Position numbers and translations under genes: made by a program
Origin: Planctomycetota bacterium
GTDB taxonomy: Bacteria; Planctomycetota; MHYJ01; WSZJ01
DNA: 64,000 nt
Reading direction: 5' to 3'
Assembly (NCBI GenBank): GCA_038060895.1
Contig: JBBTCT010000022.1
Span: forward strand, 345,067 to 409,066
Notes under the pieces: model-generated
Databases searched by the model: none
Told to the model about the DNA's origin: nothing
Seen by the model: only the letters and a program-made list of their open reading frames with translations
Shown here: in pieces, positions 1-10,510 of the stretch
Layout of the letters: every line of letters begins with the position of its first letter
Position numbering within the stretch: the stretch's first letter is position 1

Positions 1-860
1 TGAGCAGCGCGCGCAGCCTCGTCGAAGAGACCCAGGACGCCATCGCACGCGTCGAGAACCTCTCCACGAAGGAGCTCGAAGCCAACCCGGAGCTTCTCCG
101 CGAGGCCCATCGCCTGGCTGAGGACGCGCGGACCGCGCTGACACGGGCCCGCACTTCTCTGGCCAACCAGCTCGGCAAGTCGATCGGCAGGGAAGAAGCC
201 ATCCAGATCAACCTGGCGATCGCGAGCAGCGAAGCGAAACTGCGCAACGCGTCGAGGAATCTTCCGCCGCTGCCGACGCCCGAGCCGAAGGAAGGCAAGA
301 TGTCTCCCGAGCGCGCCGTCAAAGTCCTGAACCGCGACGTCCAGATACTGACCACGCTTCTCGAACGCTCGAACGCCCTCTATGACGACGACCACGCCCG
401 CGCGACGGTGCAGGCCGCCTTCGACAGGATCGGCACCCGGTTCCCGAACGCCAACGAGTGGGGCGACAGTCTCTGGCTCAGGACCCACGACCCGCTCGGT
501 CGCCTGTCGAAGTCGATCGACATCCTCCGCCGGTACGCGAAGTCGATCGCTCGCAACGGCAGTAGCATGAATGCCGACTACGTCGTCCACCTCCACGACG
601 CCGCCCTCCGGATCGGCCGCGAACACAAGAGTTTCATGGAGACCGCCGCCGGCATCGTCGACAACCTGGCCCGCCAGGCCAAGTCGATGCAGGACGACCA
701 CGACGATGGCGAGGTCGGCAACCCCAACCCCGGACTCGACCGGATCAAGCGCGAAATGAAGCCGCTCTACGAGGCGATCAATGACCGGAACCTCATGAAG
801 CGCCCGAGAGAGGCCGACGAGTGGGTGAAGCTTGAAGCCGGGAAGAACAAGCAGAAGTAG
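1..860 (+). CDS. Hypothetical helical protein, 5'-truncated at the window edge
   Basis: The frame of ORF 300..860 stays open back to position 3 (SSARSLVEETQDAIAR...) with GC3-rich codons; stop TAG at 858-860. Confidence 0.75.
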   Translation, partial: SSARSLVEETQDAIARVENLSTKELEANPELLREAHRLAEDARTALTRARTSLANQLGKSIGREEAIQINLAIASSEAKLRNASRNLPPLPTPEPKEGKMSPERAVKVLNRDVQILTTLLERSNALYDDDHARATVQAAFDRIGTRFPNANEWGDSLWLRTHDPLGRLSKSIDILRRYAKSIARNGSSMNADYVVHLHDAALRIGREHKSFMETAAGIVDNLARQAKSMQDDHDDGEVGNPNPGLDRIKREMKPLYEAINDRNLMKRPREADEWVKLEAGKNKQK

Positions 861-877
861 GAAGACGCGAGTTTTCC

Positions 878-907
878 GGGACCGGGCCTCGAAAGGGGCC
901 CGGTCCC
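878..907. terminator. GC-rich hairpin between convergent genes
   Basis: gggaccgggcctc-gaaa-ggggcccggtccc: 13-bp stem with a GNRA loop, just after the stop at 860. Confidence 0.7.
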
Positions 908-940
908 GCTCTCGATTTCCGGGGCCCGCTTCCGGCCGAC

Positions 941-2245
941 TCAATGACGAGCCGTGCCACCTGACTCGAGCGGCGGAACCCCGAGCCGCCCGCATTCGCT
1001 GAGCATCCGGTCGTGCTGCGCGCCGCGCTGGGAGGTGTCGCCCACCTCGTCAAGGAGTCCCGCGCCTTCTCTCCAGGCGGCCTCCGCTTCCGCACGGCGG
1101 CCCTGCGGCAGAAGGAAAAGGGCGTACCCGCACAAGAACCCGCCTCGGGACCGCACGTCCCGGGCCTCGGCGAGAATCGCGAAAGCGTTCGAGAAGGCCG
1201 CTTCCGCCTCTTGCGGCCGCCCGGTTTCCGCGAACATCCGCGCACGGTTGCCCCATGCGACGCCCTCGGAACGGCGAATTCCGACCTCGCGATGGATCGC
1301 CATCGCTTCCTCGTCCAGCGGTTCCGCCTCGGCATGCCGACCGAGGGACATGAGAAGCACCGACAAGTTGCCGAGGACGATTCCTTCCGACCGCCGGTTG
1401 CCGACCTCCCTGTGAACGACGAGCGCGTCGCGGTAGAAGCGCTCCGCTTCTGCGGTGCGGCCCGTCTCGTGGCAGAGACCGCCGAGATTGCCGAGCGTCA
1501 CGCCTTCGCCGCGCCGCTCGCCGAGCTTGCGCTGCAGGGACTGCGCTTCCTCGTACGTCCGCTCGGCCTGCTCAAGCCGCCCGGTTTCCTTGTAGTGGAG
1601 CCCGAGGTTGCCCAGCAGCAGGCTGACGCCCCTTGGATCGCCCAGCTCGCGGTGGATTTCGAGCGAGCGTACGTACTCCGTTTCCGCCTGCGCTCCCCGC
1701 CCCGTCTCGAGGTACAGATTTCCCAGGTTCATCCGCACCGCACCCTCGTGCCGCAGGCTCCCCACCTTGAGGTCCTCCGCCAGCGCCTGCGTCAGCGCCT
1801 CCTCGGCCCGGGCCGAACGCCCGGTTGCCAGCAGCACCAGCCCTGCGCGCCGAAGCGATTCCGCCCGCTCGACGCCGGTCGCTGTTTCGGCGTGGGCCAG
1901 CCAGAGCCGGGCGGCGGCCTCGGTCTGGAAGCGGCGGTCCGCGAATTCCGCCGCGCGACCGAGGTAGAACCGCGCGGCCTCTGCGCCCGGCGCGCCGGAC
2001 GCTCCCTCCGCCCGCCGCGCGTGCTCCGCAAGCTCTTCGGCCCACGTGTCCGCCAGTCGCGCCGGCAAGTGAAACGCTTCTTCAAGCTCCCGCAGCGTAG
2101 CCCCCGGCGGCCTTCCGCCTCCGCGATCCTCGATCACGGAAAACGCAATCGCGTGCAGCCGCGCCCGGTCGCCGGGGAGCTGGAGCTGATACGCCGCTTC
2201 CCTGAGAAGGGCATGCCGAAACACATAAGCGATCTCTGCGTTCAC
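941..2245 (-). CDS. Stand-alone TPR protein (about 40-aa MalT/TPR_12-type repeats) starting at the STAND winged-helix motif
   Basis: GTG start inferred at 2245: VNAEIAYVFRHALLREAAYQLQLPGDRARLH; repeated 'EGxxLGNLG..Y...G...AE..Y..AL.IHRE.G' units. The upstream part of ORF 941..3280 is antisense to the next gene. Confidence 0.8.
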   Translation of the reverse strand: MNAEIAYVFRHALLREAAYQLQLPGDRARLHAIAFSVIEDRGGGRPPGATLRELEEAFHLPARLADTWAEELAEHARRAEGASGAPGAEAARFYLGRAAEFADRRFQTEAAARLWLAHAETATGVERAESLRRAGLVLLATGRSARAEEALTQALAEDLKVGSLRHEGAVRMNLGNLYLETGRGAQAETEYVRSLEIHRELGDPRGVSLLLGNLGLHYKETGRLEQAERTYEEAQSLQRKLGERRGEGVTLGNLGGLCHETGRTAEAERFYRDALVVHREVGNRRSEGIVLGNLSVLLMSLGRHAEAEPLDEEAMAIHREVGIRRSEGVAWGNRARMFAETGRPQEAEAAFSNAFAILAEARDVRSRGGFLCGYALFLLPQGRRAEAEAAWREGAGLLDEVGDTSQRGAQHDRMLSECGRLGVPPLESGGTARH

Positions 2246-2293
2246 GCGGCGATCATACGAATCCCGGCGGCCGTTTCCGGTGTATGTCATTCC

Positions 2294-3346
2294 ATGAAAA
2301 CCCTCGCGACCGTCGCTTCGCTGGCCCTCGTCATTTCCGCTGCCGCCGAGCCTCCTGCCGTCGCCCCGAAGCCAAAAGGGGACCGGGCCCTCGCGCTCAG
2401 CGTGACCATGCCCAGGGAAGGGGACTACGCGAAGGAGTTTGAGGAAGCGCAGAAGGCGGGGCTGCGGCACAACGTGCTGTCGTTCGACTGGGCGGACCTG
2501 GAGACGGCGGAGGGGGAGTACAAGCCGGCGACGAATTTCCTCGTGATTGCCAACGCGTGGTATCCGCCGCGCAAGGTCCCGGTGCACTTGATGGTGCGGC
2601 CGATTCACACGAACCAGGACGCGCGGCCGGCGTTCCGGAAGGGGAAGGCGTTCGACGACCCGGAAGTGATCGCCGCTTTCAAGCGGCTGCTCGACTGGGT
2701 TTTCGCGCAGGTCCCCGACCTCGAGGTCCCCAGCTTTTCGATCGGATCCGAGAGCGACCTCTGGCTCGAGCAGGACGACGCGCGCTGGAAGGCCTTCGGG
2801 ACGTTCCTCAAGGAGGCCGCCGCGCACGCCCGCAAGCTTCGCCCCGGCCTGAAGGTCGCGAGCGAATTTCGCCTCGCGGGCATCCGCGGCAGTCACTCCG
2901 CGCGCCTGAAGGGACTGCTTTCGAGCTGCGACGTCGCGGGCGTCTCCGACTACCCGATCGACGACCAGACGATCGCCCTCGACCCCGCCGCAGTCCGGGC
3001 GACGTTCAAGGACGCGGTCGCGTTCGCGGGGAAAAAGCCGGTGTACTTCTACCAGCTCGGTTACCCCTCCGGCGCCGGCTGCAAGAGCTCCGAGGAAAAA
3101 CAGGCGACCTTCATCCGCGAAGTTTTCGCCGCGTGGGACCAGCACGAGAAGGCCGTCGCGTTCGTGAACACCACCTGGACCACCGACATCCCCGCCGCCG
3201 CCGTCGAGGGCTACACGAAGTACTACCAGTTCGACACGCCCGCCTTCCGCGATTTCCTGGGCTCGCTCGGGCTGCGCCACGAGGACGGGAAGCCGAAGCC
3301 CGCGTGGGAAGCGCTGCGGGACGAGACGAAAAAGCGGGGCTGGTAG
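2294..3346 (+). CDS. Secreted TIM-barrel glycoside hydrolase-like protein (GH-A clan-like)
   Basis: Signal peptide MKTLATVASLALVISAAA; 'FDWADLE', 'IGSESD', 'GVSDYP', 'KPVYFYQLGYPS' and the terminal 'GL..EDGKPKPAW' are typical of GH-A-like proteins. Confidence 0.6.
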   Translation: MKTLATVASLALVISAAAEPPAVAPKPKGDRALALSVTMPREGDYAKEFEEAQKAGLRHNVLSFDWADLETAEGEYKPATNFLVIANAWYPPRKVPVHLMVRPIHTNQDARPAFRKGKAFDDPEVIAAFKRLLDWVFAQVPDLEVPSFSIGSESDLWLEQDDARWKAFGTFLKEAAAHARKLRPGLKVASEFRLAGIRGSHSARLKGLLSSCDVAGVSDYPIDDQTIALDPAAVRATFKDAVAFAGKKPVYFYQLGYPSGAGCKSSEEKQATFIREVFAAWDQHEKAVAFVNTTWTTDIPAAAVEGYTKYYQFDTPAFRDFLGSLGLRHEDGKPKPAWEALRDETKKRGW

Positions 3347-3403
3347 CGGGTGCCGCCCGCTCCCAGGAACGCCACGCCTTCTTCAGCGCCGCGATATCGA
3401 GCT

Positions 3404-4951
3404 TCACCATTCCCGCGGGTGAGGCTCCTCCGCCTCGAACGCCTCCACCCCGGCGTTCGCGCAGGCTTTTCGCATGTGGGTCATGGCTTCCTGGAGTTCC
3501 AGCGTTTCGTTGACCTCCCTCAGCAGCGCCACGCTGGAGCGCCAGAAGGCCCTCGACTCGGCGGCCTTTCCCTGGCTGAGGAGCAGGAGGGCGAAGCGCC
3601 AGCCGGTGGCTCCCTCGAGCCTGCGGTTCTGGATCGCGCGGTGATCGTCGAGCGCCCGCGCGTACATCGACGCGGCCTCCCCGCTCCTGCCGGCTCCCGC
3701 GTAGATGCCGGCGAGTTTCGCCTGCATGAGGCCGACGCTGCGCCGGTTCCCGACCTCCAGGTTCACGGCGAGGGCCTGTTCGATCAGGGATTCCGCCTCG
3801 AGCGTCCGTCCCTGCCGCAGGAGAATCTCGCCCAGGTTGCCGAGCGCGATGCCTTCGGACCGGCGATTGCCCGTCTCCCGGCTCAGCGCCATTGACTGCT
3901 CGTACAGGTCTCGCGCCTTGTCGAGCGCGCCGAGCTGCATGGCCGCGCCCCCCAGGTTGCCCAGCGCGTTGCCCTCGAACCGACGGTCCCCGACCTCGCG
4001 CTGGATCGCCAGCGCCTGCAGCAGGAATTTCTCGGCCAGCTCCGCGCGCCCCGTCACGAGGTAGACGAGCCCGAGCTTCTCCAGGGCGACGCCCTCACCC
4101 CGGCGGTTGCCGACTTCGCGCAGGACCGCCAGCGAATCCTCGTGCATGCGTTCCGCGAGCTCCATCCGGCCGGTCTCGAGGTAGATCCGGGCCGCGAGGT
4201 TGCCCAGCACGATGCCCTCGTTCCAGCGATTCCCCGACTTCCTGCAGATTCCCAGCGCCCGCTCGTAGGCCCGCTCCGCTTCTTCCATCCGCCCGCCCAG
4301 GGACAGGACGCCGGCCAGGTTACCCAGGGCCGCGCCCTCCCACGAAAGGTCGCTCGTGGGATCGAACGCCTCAAGCGCCCTCCGAAGAGTCGCTTCCGCA
4401 TCCTCGAGCCGTCCCGTGTCCTGGTACGCAAGCCCCAGCGCCACGAACGCGATCGCTTCCAGCCGCGCCATTCCCATCTCCCGGAACGCAGCCGCTGCTT
4501 CCTCGAGGAGCCGCACCGCCTCGGCGACCCGCCCCCGGGTCCACGCCGTCCACCCCGCCCGCCGCGTCGCTTCGGCCCGCTCGACGCCCCCCCGCACCCC
4601 GGCGAATTCCAGCCAGCTCTCCTGCGCGGCCTCGTACCGGAAGCGCTGCTCCGCCACCTCCGCAGCCTGGCGCAAGTACAGCGCGCGCGCCTCCCGCATC
4701 CCGGCCGCATCGCCCGCCCCCCGCGCATGGTCGGCCAGCTCCCGCGCGAACGCGTCCGAGGCATGCGGCCGCCTGCCCTTCACGTCCGCCTCCAGCGGCC
4801 CGGGGTCCGGCCGCCTCCCGCCCGCCAACGCTTCGATCGCATCGAATGCGGCCGCGTGCAGGCGCGCCCGCTCGCCGGGAAGCTGGAGCTGGTACGCGGC
4901 GTCGCGGAGCAGGGCGTGACGAAACAGGTAGACCGTTTCAGCGGAGCTCAT
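3404..4951 (-). CDS. Second stand-alone TPR protein starting at the STAND winged-helix motif
   Basis: MSSAETVYLFRHALLRDAAYQLQLPGERARLH followed by multiple 40-aa TPRs; paralog of 941..2245. An alternative in-frame ATG lies at 5002. Confidence 0.85.
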   Translation of the reverse strand: MSSAETVYLFRHALLRDAAYQLQLPGERARLHAAAFDAIEALAGGRRPDPGPLEADVKGRRPHASDAFARELADHARGAGDAAGMREARALYLRQAAEVAEQRFRYEAAQESWLEFAGVRGGVERAEATRRAGWTAWTRGRVAEAVRLLEEAAAAFREMGMARLEAIAFVALGLAYQDTGRLEDAEATLRRALEAFDPTSDLSWEGAALGNLAGVLSLGGRMEEAERAYERALGICRKSGNRWNEGIVLGNLAARIYLETGRMELAERMHEDSLAVLREVGNRRGEGVALEKLGLVYLVTGRAELAEKFLLQALAIQREVGDRRFEGNALGNLGGAAMQLGALDKARDLYEQSMALSRETGNRRSEGIALGNLGEILLRQGRTLEAESLIEQALAVNLEVGNRRSVGLMQAKLAGIYAGAGRSGEAASMYARALDDHRAIQNRRLEGATGWRFALLLLSQGKAAESRAFWRSSVALLREVNETLELQEAMTHMRKACANAGVEAFEAEEPHPREW

Positions 4952-4968
4952 GCCCGGCGCTGCCACGG

Positions 4969-4987
4969 GCGAGCGAAGCGAGTCGAA
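4969..4987. repeat. REP-like palindromic repeat family A, copy 1
   Basis: gcgagcgaagcgagtcgaa, identical to 11470-11488. Confidence 0.7.
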
Positions 4988-5219
4988 CGGCGGAAAGAAC
5001 ATGTAATCTCAGCGGTCACGCCGCCCACTCTACTCGTCGGGGACCGTCCGCGATTCCCCCTCAGAGTCCCAGCGCGAAGGCGATCGCGAAGTCCACCCGG
5101 ACGTCAGGTGGAAAGGGAAGCCCATCGGAGAGCGGGAAGCGGAGCCTGAAACTACAGCCAGAGACGGTTCGAATTGACGGTAACCGGAAATCTGAAGATT
5201 GGTCTGGTTCCTGGCTCTT

Positions 5220-6755
5220 CTATTCTCTCACCCAGCACACCCCCCAAACTTCCTCATCGACCACGAGCTCGACATTGCCGGTTTCGAGAGAGAGCACGCA
5301 GAGTCGTGCCATGCTGTTCTTGCCGTCGCGGCAGAAGAAGGCCAGAAAACGGCCATCCGGGGAGAGGGCCAGTTCGTCGAAGCGCCAGTTGTGATCGAGA
5401 AGCGTCCGGAAGCCTGTTCCATCCGAGGCGACCGAATCGACCCGCTGATGCTCTCCATCGACCCAGGTGGAGAGAAGCACGCGGTCTTCAAATTGCGACC
5501 ACGCAAGTGGCCTCGTGGACCTGACGTCCTCCAGCGTCAATGCAGTCTTGACGTCCGTTCCGTCCAGGCTGGCCACGTCGAGCGACCCGGACTCTCCGCC
5601 GGCCGGTGAGAAAGCAATCCGCTTGGAGTCAGGTGAGAGCACGGGCTGCGCTGTCGTGTCCAGCGAAGCAATCCGTCTCGGGTTCTTTCCTTCGGGATCG
5701 ACCCGAATTACTTCATAGACGAGTTCGTTCGAGGCGGAGGAGAGCCGGGTGACGAAGATCCCGGAACTGTCTGGAATCCAGATTCCGGCGCTGTCATGGA
5801 CATCGTCGTCCGCCAGCGGCGTACGCGCGCGCGGATTCGATCCGTCGGAGTTCATCAACCAGACCCGCCGCGAGACCTGCCCGGTACTGACGAAGAACAG
5901 GATCATCTGGCCATCCGGCGAGTACACCGGCGTGCTCGCGGGCCGAATTTCCGGCACGAAGGGAAGGACTTCGCCCTTGGCGACGTCCAGCCGCAGCAGG
6001 GTCCAATTGTCGAGATCAGGGGAGAAGGAGTGACCGACTGCAAAGAGACCGTTCGGCGAGAGGTTCAGGTCGGCAAGTTGCGGTCTCGAGTGTTCCACTG
6101 TCTTCCGAGCGGCAATGCGCTTGCGATCCGTGCCGTCGGGCCGGCAGGTCCAGAATTCCTCCGCTGAGTACTCCTCGCCGTCGCGACAGATGTGCCGGTA
6201 GAGGAGTCTCTCTTTCGCCACGGGACGATCGAGAAGAAGATGATCCGCCCGCTTTCCATCGAGGACGAACGAGTCGACCAGCGTCTCGATCGCCGGGCGG
6301 CTGGCGTCCCAATCGCTGTGCTTGAGAAGAAACGCCATGTCAAACGCAGCAGAATCCCCCTTGGAGAAATGCCTCACCTCGACGAGCGACTCTTCGTCCT
6401 GCTTATAAGCGACTGCAAGAAACCTCCGTCCGCCGGCGGAACCCCCCATGTGCGCGTCTCGAAGCCTTCGAGCGAATTGGCGTTTCTTGCTGGCCGCCAG
6501 GCTTTCGAACCACGCTTCCGCCCGGTCGTCCGCGCCTTCGCCGAACGGTGCCTGGAGAAGCGCACCTCTGACCTTCCGATCCTTCGAATCGAACTCGATG
6601 ATCGGCTGCCTGAACTCGGTGAACTGGAAGTCCTCCGTTCTGACGTCCCAGACTTCCGGAGCCGCTTTGAACGACAGTTTCTTGAGCTTCTCTTCGTCGC
6701 CAATAGCGGCGGAGGCGAGGCCTAGAATTCCGGCGAGGATTAGGAGCCGCTTCAT
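5220..6755 (-). CDS. Secreted TolB-like/PD40 beta-propeller protein
   Basis: Signal peptide; repeated 'P..SPDG..I.F' and 'DGT..R' blades. Confidence 0.8.
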   Translation of the reverse strand: MKRLLILAGILGLASAAIGDEEKLKKLSFKAAPEVWDVRTEDFQFTEFRQPIIEFDSKDRKVRGALLQAPFGEGADDRAEAWFESLAASKKRQFARRLRDAHMGGSAGGRRFLAVAYKQDEESLVEVRHFSKGDSAAFDMAFLLKHSDWDASRPAIETLVDSFVLDGKRADHLLLDRPVAKERLLYRHICRDGEEYSAEEFWTCRPDGTDRKRIAARKTVEHSRPQLADLNLSPNGLFAVGHSFSPDLDNWTLLRLDVAKGEVLPFVPEIRPASTPVYSPDGQMILFFVSTGQVSRRVWLMNSDGSNPRARTPLADDDVHDSAGIWIPDSSGIFVTRLSSASNELVYEVIRVDPEGKNPRRIASLDTTAQPVLSPDSKRIAFSPAGGESGSLDVASLDGTDVKTALTLEDVRSTRPLAWSQFEDRVLLSTWVDGEHQRVDSVASDGTGFRTLLDHNWRFDELALSPDGRFLAFFCRDGKNSMARLCVLSLETGNVELVVDEEVWGVCWVRE

Positions 6756-6892
6756 GGAAGCAGCCTACCAAGAGCGGCGTTCGCTGACAGCCGACGACCT
6801 TGCCTCCTGGTTCTCCGACCGTACTTCTGTCGACGGATTTGCACTCATCCGACGGGGCATACTCGCTGACACAAGTCGATCCCAACGACGGA

Positions 6893-9800
6893 TTACTTCA
6901 ACACCAACCCCTTAATGTTGTAGTACTTCGCCTCCGGGTGATGCGCCACGATCGCGCATGTGCTCTGCTCCGGAACGATCTGGAACGCGCTGGTGAGCGA
7001 GCAGCCGATCGCCTTCTCTGCGTCGAGCAACCCGAAGATCTTCTCGTTGTCGGCGAGGTCCGGGCACGCCGGATAACCCGGCGAGTACCGTTTCCCCCCG
7101 CCGTGCTGCATGCCGAACTCGGCTTTGAACCGGCGGTGGAGCCACTCGGCCATGGCCTCCGCGGTCTCGACCGCCAAGCCGTGCAGGTAGTAGCTCTTCG
7201 AGTACTCGCCCTTCGCGTTGAGCGCGTCGCAGAGCTCGGTCGCTCTCGCGCCGACCGTCACGCACTGGAACCCGATGACGTCCAGCCGGTCCGGGTCCCA
7301 GTAATCGACCAGGCAAAGCCGCTCGCCGTCGGGCTGTCTCGGCCAGTCGAAGCGACACCGTTCCTTCTTCGGGTCCTCGGGGTCGAAGACGACGAGCTGG
7401 GAGTCGCGGACCTGGCACGGGAAGAAGCCGTAGACGGCGCGGGGCTGGAACCATTTCTCCTGCAGGGCCTCCGCCTCCATCTTCACGAGGAGCGGCTCGA
7501 ATTCTTCCTTGATGATGTTGACGACGTCCTTGGCGGACTTGCCGTGGCCGCCCCAGCTCAGTCGGAAGAGGCTCTTCTTGTCGATGAGCGGGAAGACCTC
7601 GCGCAGGTCGATGTTCGCGACGGTCTGGTTGCCCCAGAACGGCGGGACGGGGATGTGCTGCGCGGGTTTGACGGCGCGCGGAGCGCTCGACGCCGCGGTA
7701 TTCACTTCCGGCGCAGGACCTCTTCCCGCCTCGAGGTCGAGCAGCGCGCGGACTTCCTTGTGGTTCTTCTCGACGCGTTCCTTGTTTTTCGCCGGGATGA
7801 CGAGGTCGTTCATCGCGTCGAGGCCGGTGAAGGCGTCGGTGCAGTAGAAGACGCCGGAGCCGTAAAAGCGGCCGTCTTCGAGGACGCAGGCTTTCTTGCC
7901 GAAGCGGCTGTTGATGGCGGCGCCGCCGATGATCACCGGGATTTTCAGCCCGTGCTTGTCGAGTTCCTGGACGCAGTAGGGCATCTGCTTGCTCGTGCTG
8001 ACGAGAAGCGCTGACAGACCGATCGCATTGGCGTTGGTTTCCTTGGCCTTGGCGATGAAGTTCTGTACGGGGACCTGTTTGCCCAGGTCGTGCACGGTGT
8101 AGCCGTTGTTCGTGAGGATCGTCTTCACGAGGTTCTTGCCGATGTCGTGGACGTCGCCGTACACGGTGCCGAGGACGATGGTGCCCTTGGAGTACGTGTC
8201 GGACTTGTCCATGAACTTCTCGAGGTAGGCGACGGACTTCTTCATGACCTCGGCGCTCTGCAGCACGAAGGGCAGGATCAGCTCGCCCGTCGCCATCCGG
8301 TCGCCGACTTCCTTCATGGCGCCGAGCAGGACCTCGTTGATCACGCCGACGGGGGAGTACTTCTTGAGCGCCTGGTCGAGAAGCGCCTCGAGGTCTTCGT
8401 GAATGCGGTTGAGAATATTGAAGTGAAGCTGTTCCTCGACGGTCAGGGCGTGCGTCGGCTTCGGCGCGGACTTCTTTTTGGACTTCGTCTTCTCGAAGTA
8501 CTCGATGAACTTCGCGAGCGCGTCGGGATAGCGGTTGAAGACGAGGTTTTCGGCGAGCTCGCGCTCGTTCTCGGGGATGGACGGGTAGGGGAGGATCTCG
8601 TTGGGGTGGACGAGGGCGATGTCGAGGCCGGCGTGCACGCAATGAGTGAGGAAGACGCTGTTGAGGACCGCGCGGCGTGCGGCGCCAGGCCGAACGATAC
8701 GTTGGAGACGCCCAGGCCCGTCAGCGCGCCGGGGAGCTTGTCCTTGATCTTGCGGATCGCCTCGATCGTTGCCGTCGCGCTGTCGATGTACTCCGGCGAA
8801 CCGGTCGCCAGCGTGAAGGTCAGGCAGTCGAAGATCAGCGCTTCCGGCGGAACGCCGTGGTCGTCGCGGGCCATGTCGCACATCCGGCGCGCGACGTCGA
8901 ACTTGCGGTCGGCCGTGATGGCCATGCCCTGCTCGTCGATCGTCATGGCGATCGTCGCCGCGCCGTACTCCTTCACCATCGGCATCACGCGGTTCCAGCG
9001 CTCGTGGCCCTTTTCAAGGTTTACCGAGTTCACGATCACGCGCCCCGGATAGATCTTCATCGCTTCGTTGATGACGTCGTACTCGGTCGAGTCGATGACG
9101 ATCGGCGCGTCGACGGCGTGGGCGAGTTTCCTGAGAAGCGTCGTCATCTGGTGCTTCTCGTCGTCGCGCTCGTTCAGGGCGACGCAGATGTCGAGCGCGT
9201 GCGAGCCGCCTTCGACCTGCGCGCGGGCGATCTGGATGATGGACGCCCAGTCGTCCTTGATCAGCAGCTCCTTGAGCTTGCGGGAGCCTTGCGCGTTCAC
9301 GCGCTCGCCGACGAGCATGGGTTTGGGGTACTGGTGAAGAGGCACGGACTTCATCATCGAGCTGATCGCCGGCTCGTAGGGGACCGTGCGCGCGATCGGC
9401 CTCAGCCCCTTCACGCGCTCGGACAGCAGCTTGATGTGCTCGTACGTCGTGCCGCAGCAGCCGCCTGCGATCGAAATGCCGCGCGACTTCACGAACTCTT
9501 CCATCGCGTCGGCGAATTCCTTCGGGCCGAGCGGGTAGACCGCGTCGCCGGTGCCTTCGTTCGCGGGGATGCCGGCGTTCGGCATGATCGAGATCGGGAT
9601 TGGCGATTTTTCGCAGAGGTACGCGACCGAGTCGCGCATCTCTTCGGGGCCGGTCGAGCAGTTGAGGCCGATGATGTCGGCGCCGAGGCACTGCAGCGTC
9701 GTGAGCGAAGCTCCGATGTCCGTGCCGAGCAGCATGCGCCCGGTCCGGTCGAGCGTGACCTGCGCCATGATCGGGAGGCGCCGGCCGGATTCCTTCTGCC

Positions 9801-10356
9801 ACCGGCGGATCGCGAAGATCTGCGCCTTGACCTCGAGGATGTCCTGCGAGGTCTCGATGAGGAACGCGTCGGCGCCGCCGTCGGCGAGGCCGCGGACCTG
9901 GGCGATGAAGCCTTCCACGATCTTGTCGAACGCGATGTTGCCGAGCGACGGGTCTTCCGATGAAGGCAGGTACCCCGACGGCCCGATCGACCCGGCGACG
10001 AACTTCGGCGCCCCCTGCTTCGAGTACCGGTCGCACGCCGCCCGCGCCAGCTTCGCCGCCGTCACGTTCTGGTCGTACGTCCGCTCGCCCACCTTGTACT
10101 CGTCCATCTTGAACCAATTCGACCCGAACGTGTTCGTCTCGACGCCGTCGGCCCCCGCTTCGAGGTACTTCTCGTGGATCTCCCGGATCACATCGGGCTT
10201 CGTCTGGCAGAGCCAGTCGTTGCACCCTTCCATCCCCGGCCCGCCGAAATCGGCCGCCTTGAACTTGTAGCGCTGCAACGTCGTCCCCATGGCGCCGTCC
10301 CACACGAGGACGCGCGTTTTGAGGGTTTCGAGCAGGGAGGGGCGGTCGTTCGTCAC
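6893..10356 (-). CDS. metH: Cobalamin-dependent methionine synthase, interrupted by a 1-nt frameshift near 8675
   Basis: Hcy domain (DGAMGT, GLNC, GGCCGT), pterin domain (IDST, SNVSFG), B12 motif DVHDIGKN and activation domain RYSPGYPACP are spread over ORFs 8443..10356 and 6893..8881. Adding one C restores SFGLAPHARAVLNSVFL. Confidence 0.95.
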
Positions 10357-10400
10357 GTTGCTGAAGGTTGGTCCTTTCTTCGGTTATCGACGACAGGAAG

Positions 10401-10496
10401 GGCGGACGCTGATAAATGCTGATTTTGCTGAAACCTCCGCTGATACGGCCGTATCTGCGGACGTTTCAGCGGAATCAGCCGTTATCAGCGTCCGTC
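10401..10496. repeat. 96-bp loopless imperfect palindrome (repeat family B doublet)
   Basis: The two 48-bp arms match at 41/48 positions around the central GGCC; each arm is built from gctga-like subrepeats. Confidence 0.85.
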
Positions 10497-10510
10497 GTTA
10501 CTCTGGATAC

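Noticed and set aside
941-3346. Apparent 779-aa and 777-aa fully overlapping ORFs on opposite strands
   Set aside because: These are two divergent genes (starts 2245 and 2294) whose frames extend through each other's antisense strand.
941-4951. DNA cassette-swapping or diversity-generating retroelement explanation for the TPR genes
   Set aside because: The motif copies are synonymously diverged, and no recombinase, reverse transcriptase or template/variable repeat pair is present in the window.
5003-5219. Possible small RNA or sORF between the TPR and TolB-like genes
   Set aside because: No convincing start, RBS, stable structure or known motif was found by eye.
8660-8690. Programmed ribosomal frameshift in metH
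   Set aside because: No slippery sequence or stimulatory element is evident; a short-homopolymer indel is the simpler explanation.
10401-10496. Possible CRISPR array or SAM/cobalamin riboswitch upstream of metH
   Set aside because: No repeat-spacer periodicity and no riboswitch consensus; it is a palindromic repeat shared with 50474-50593.
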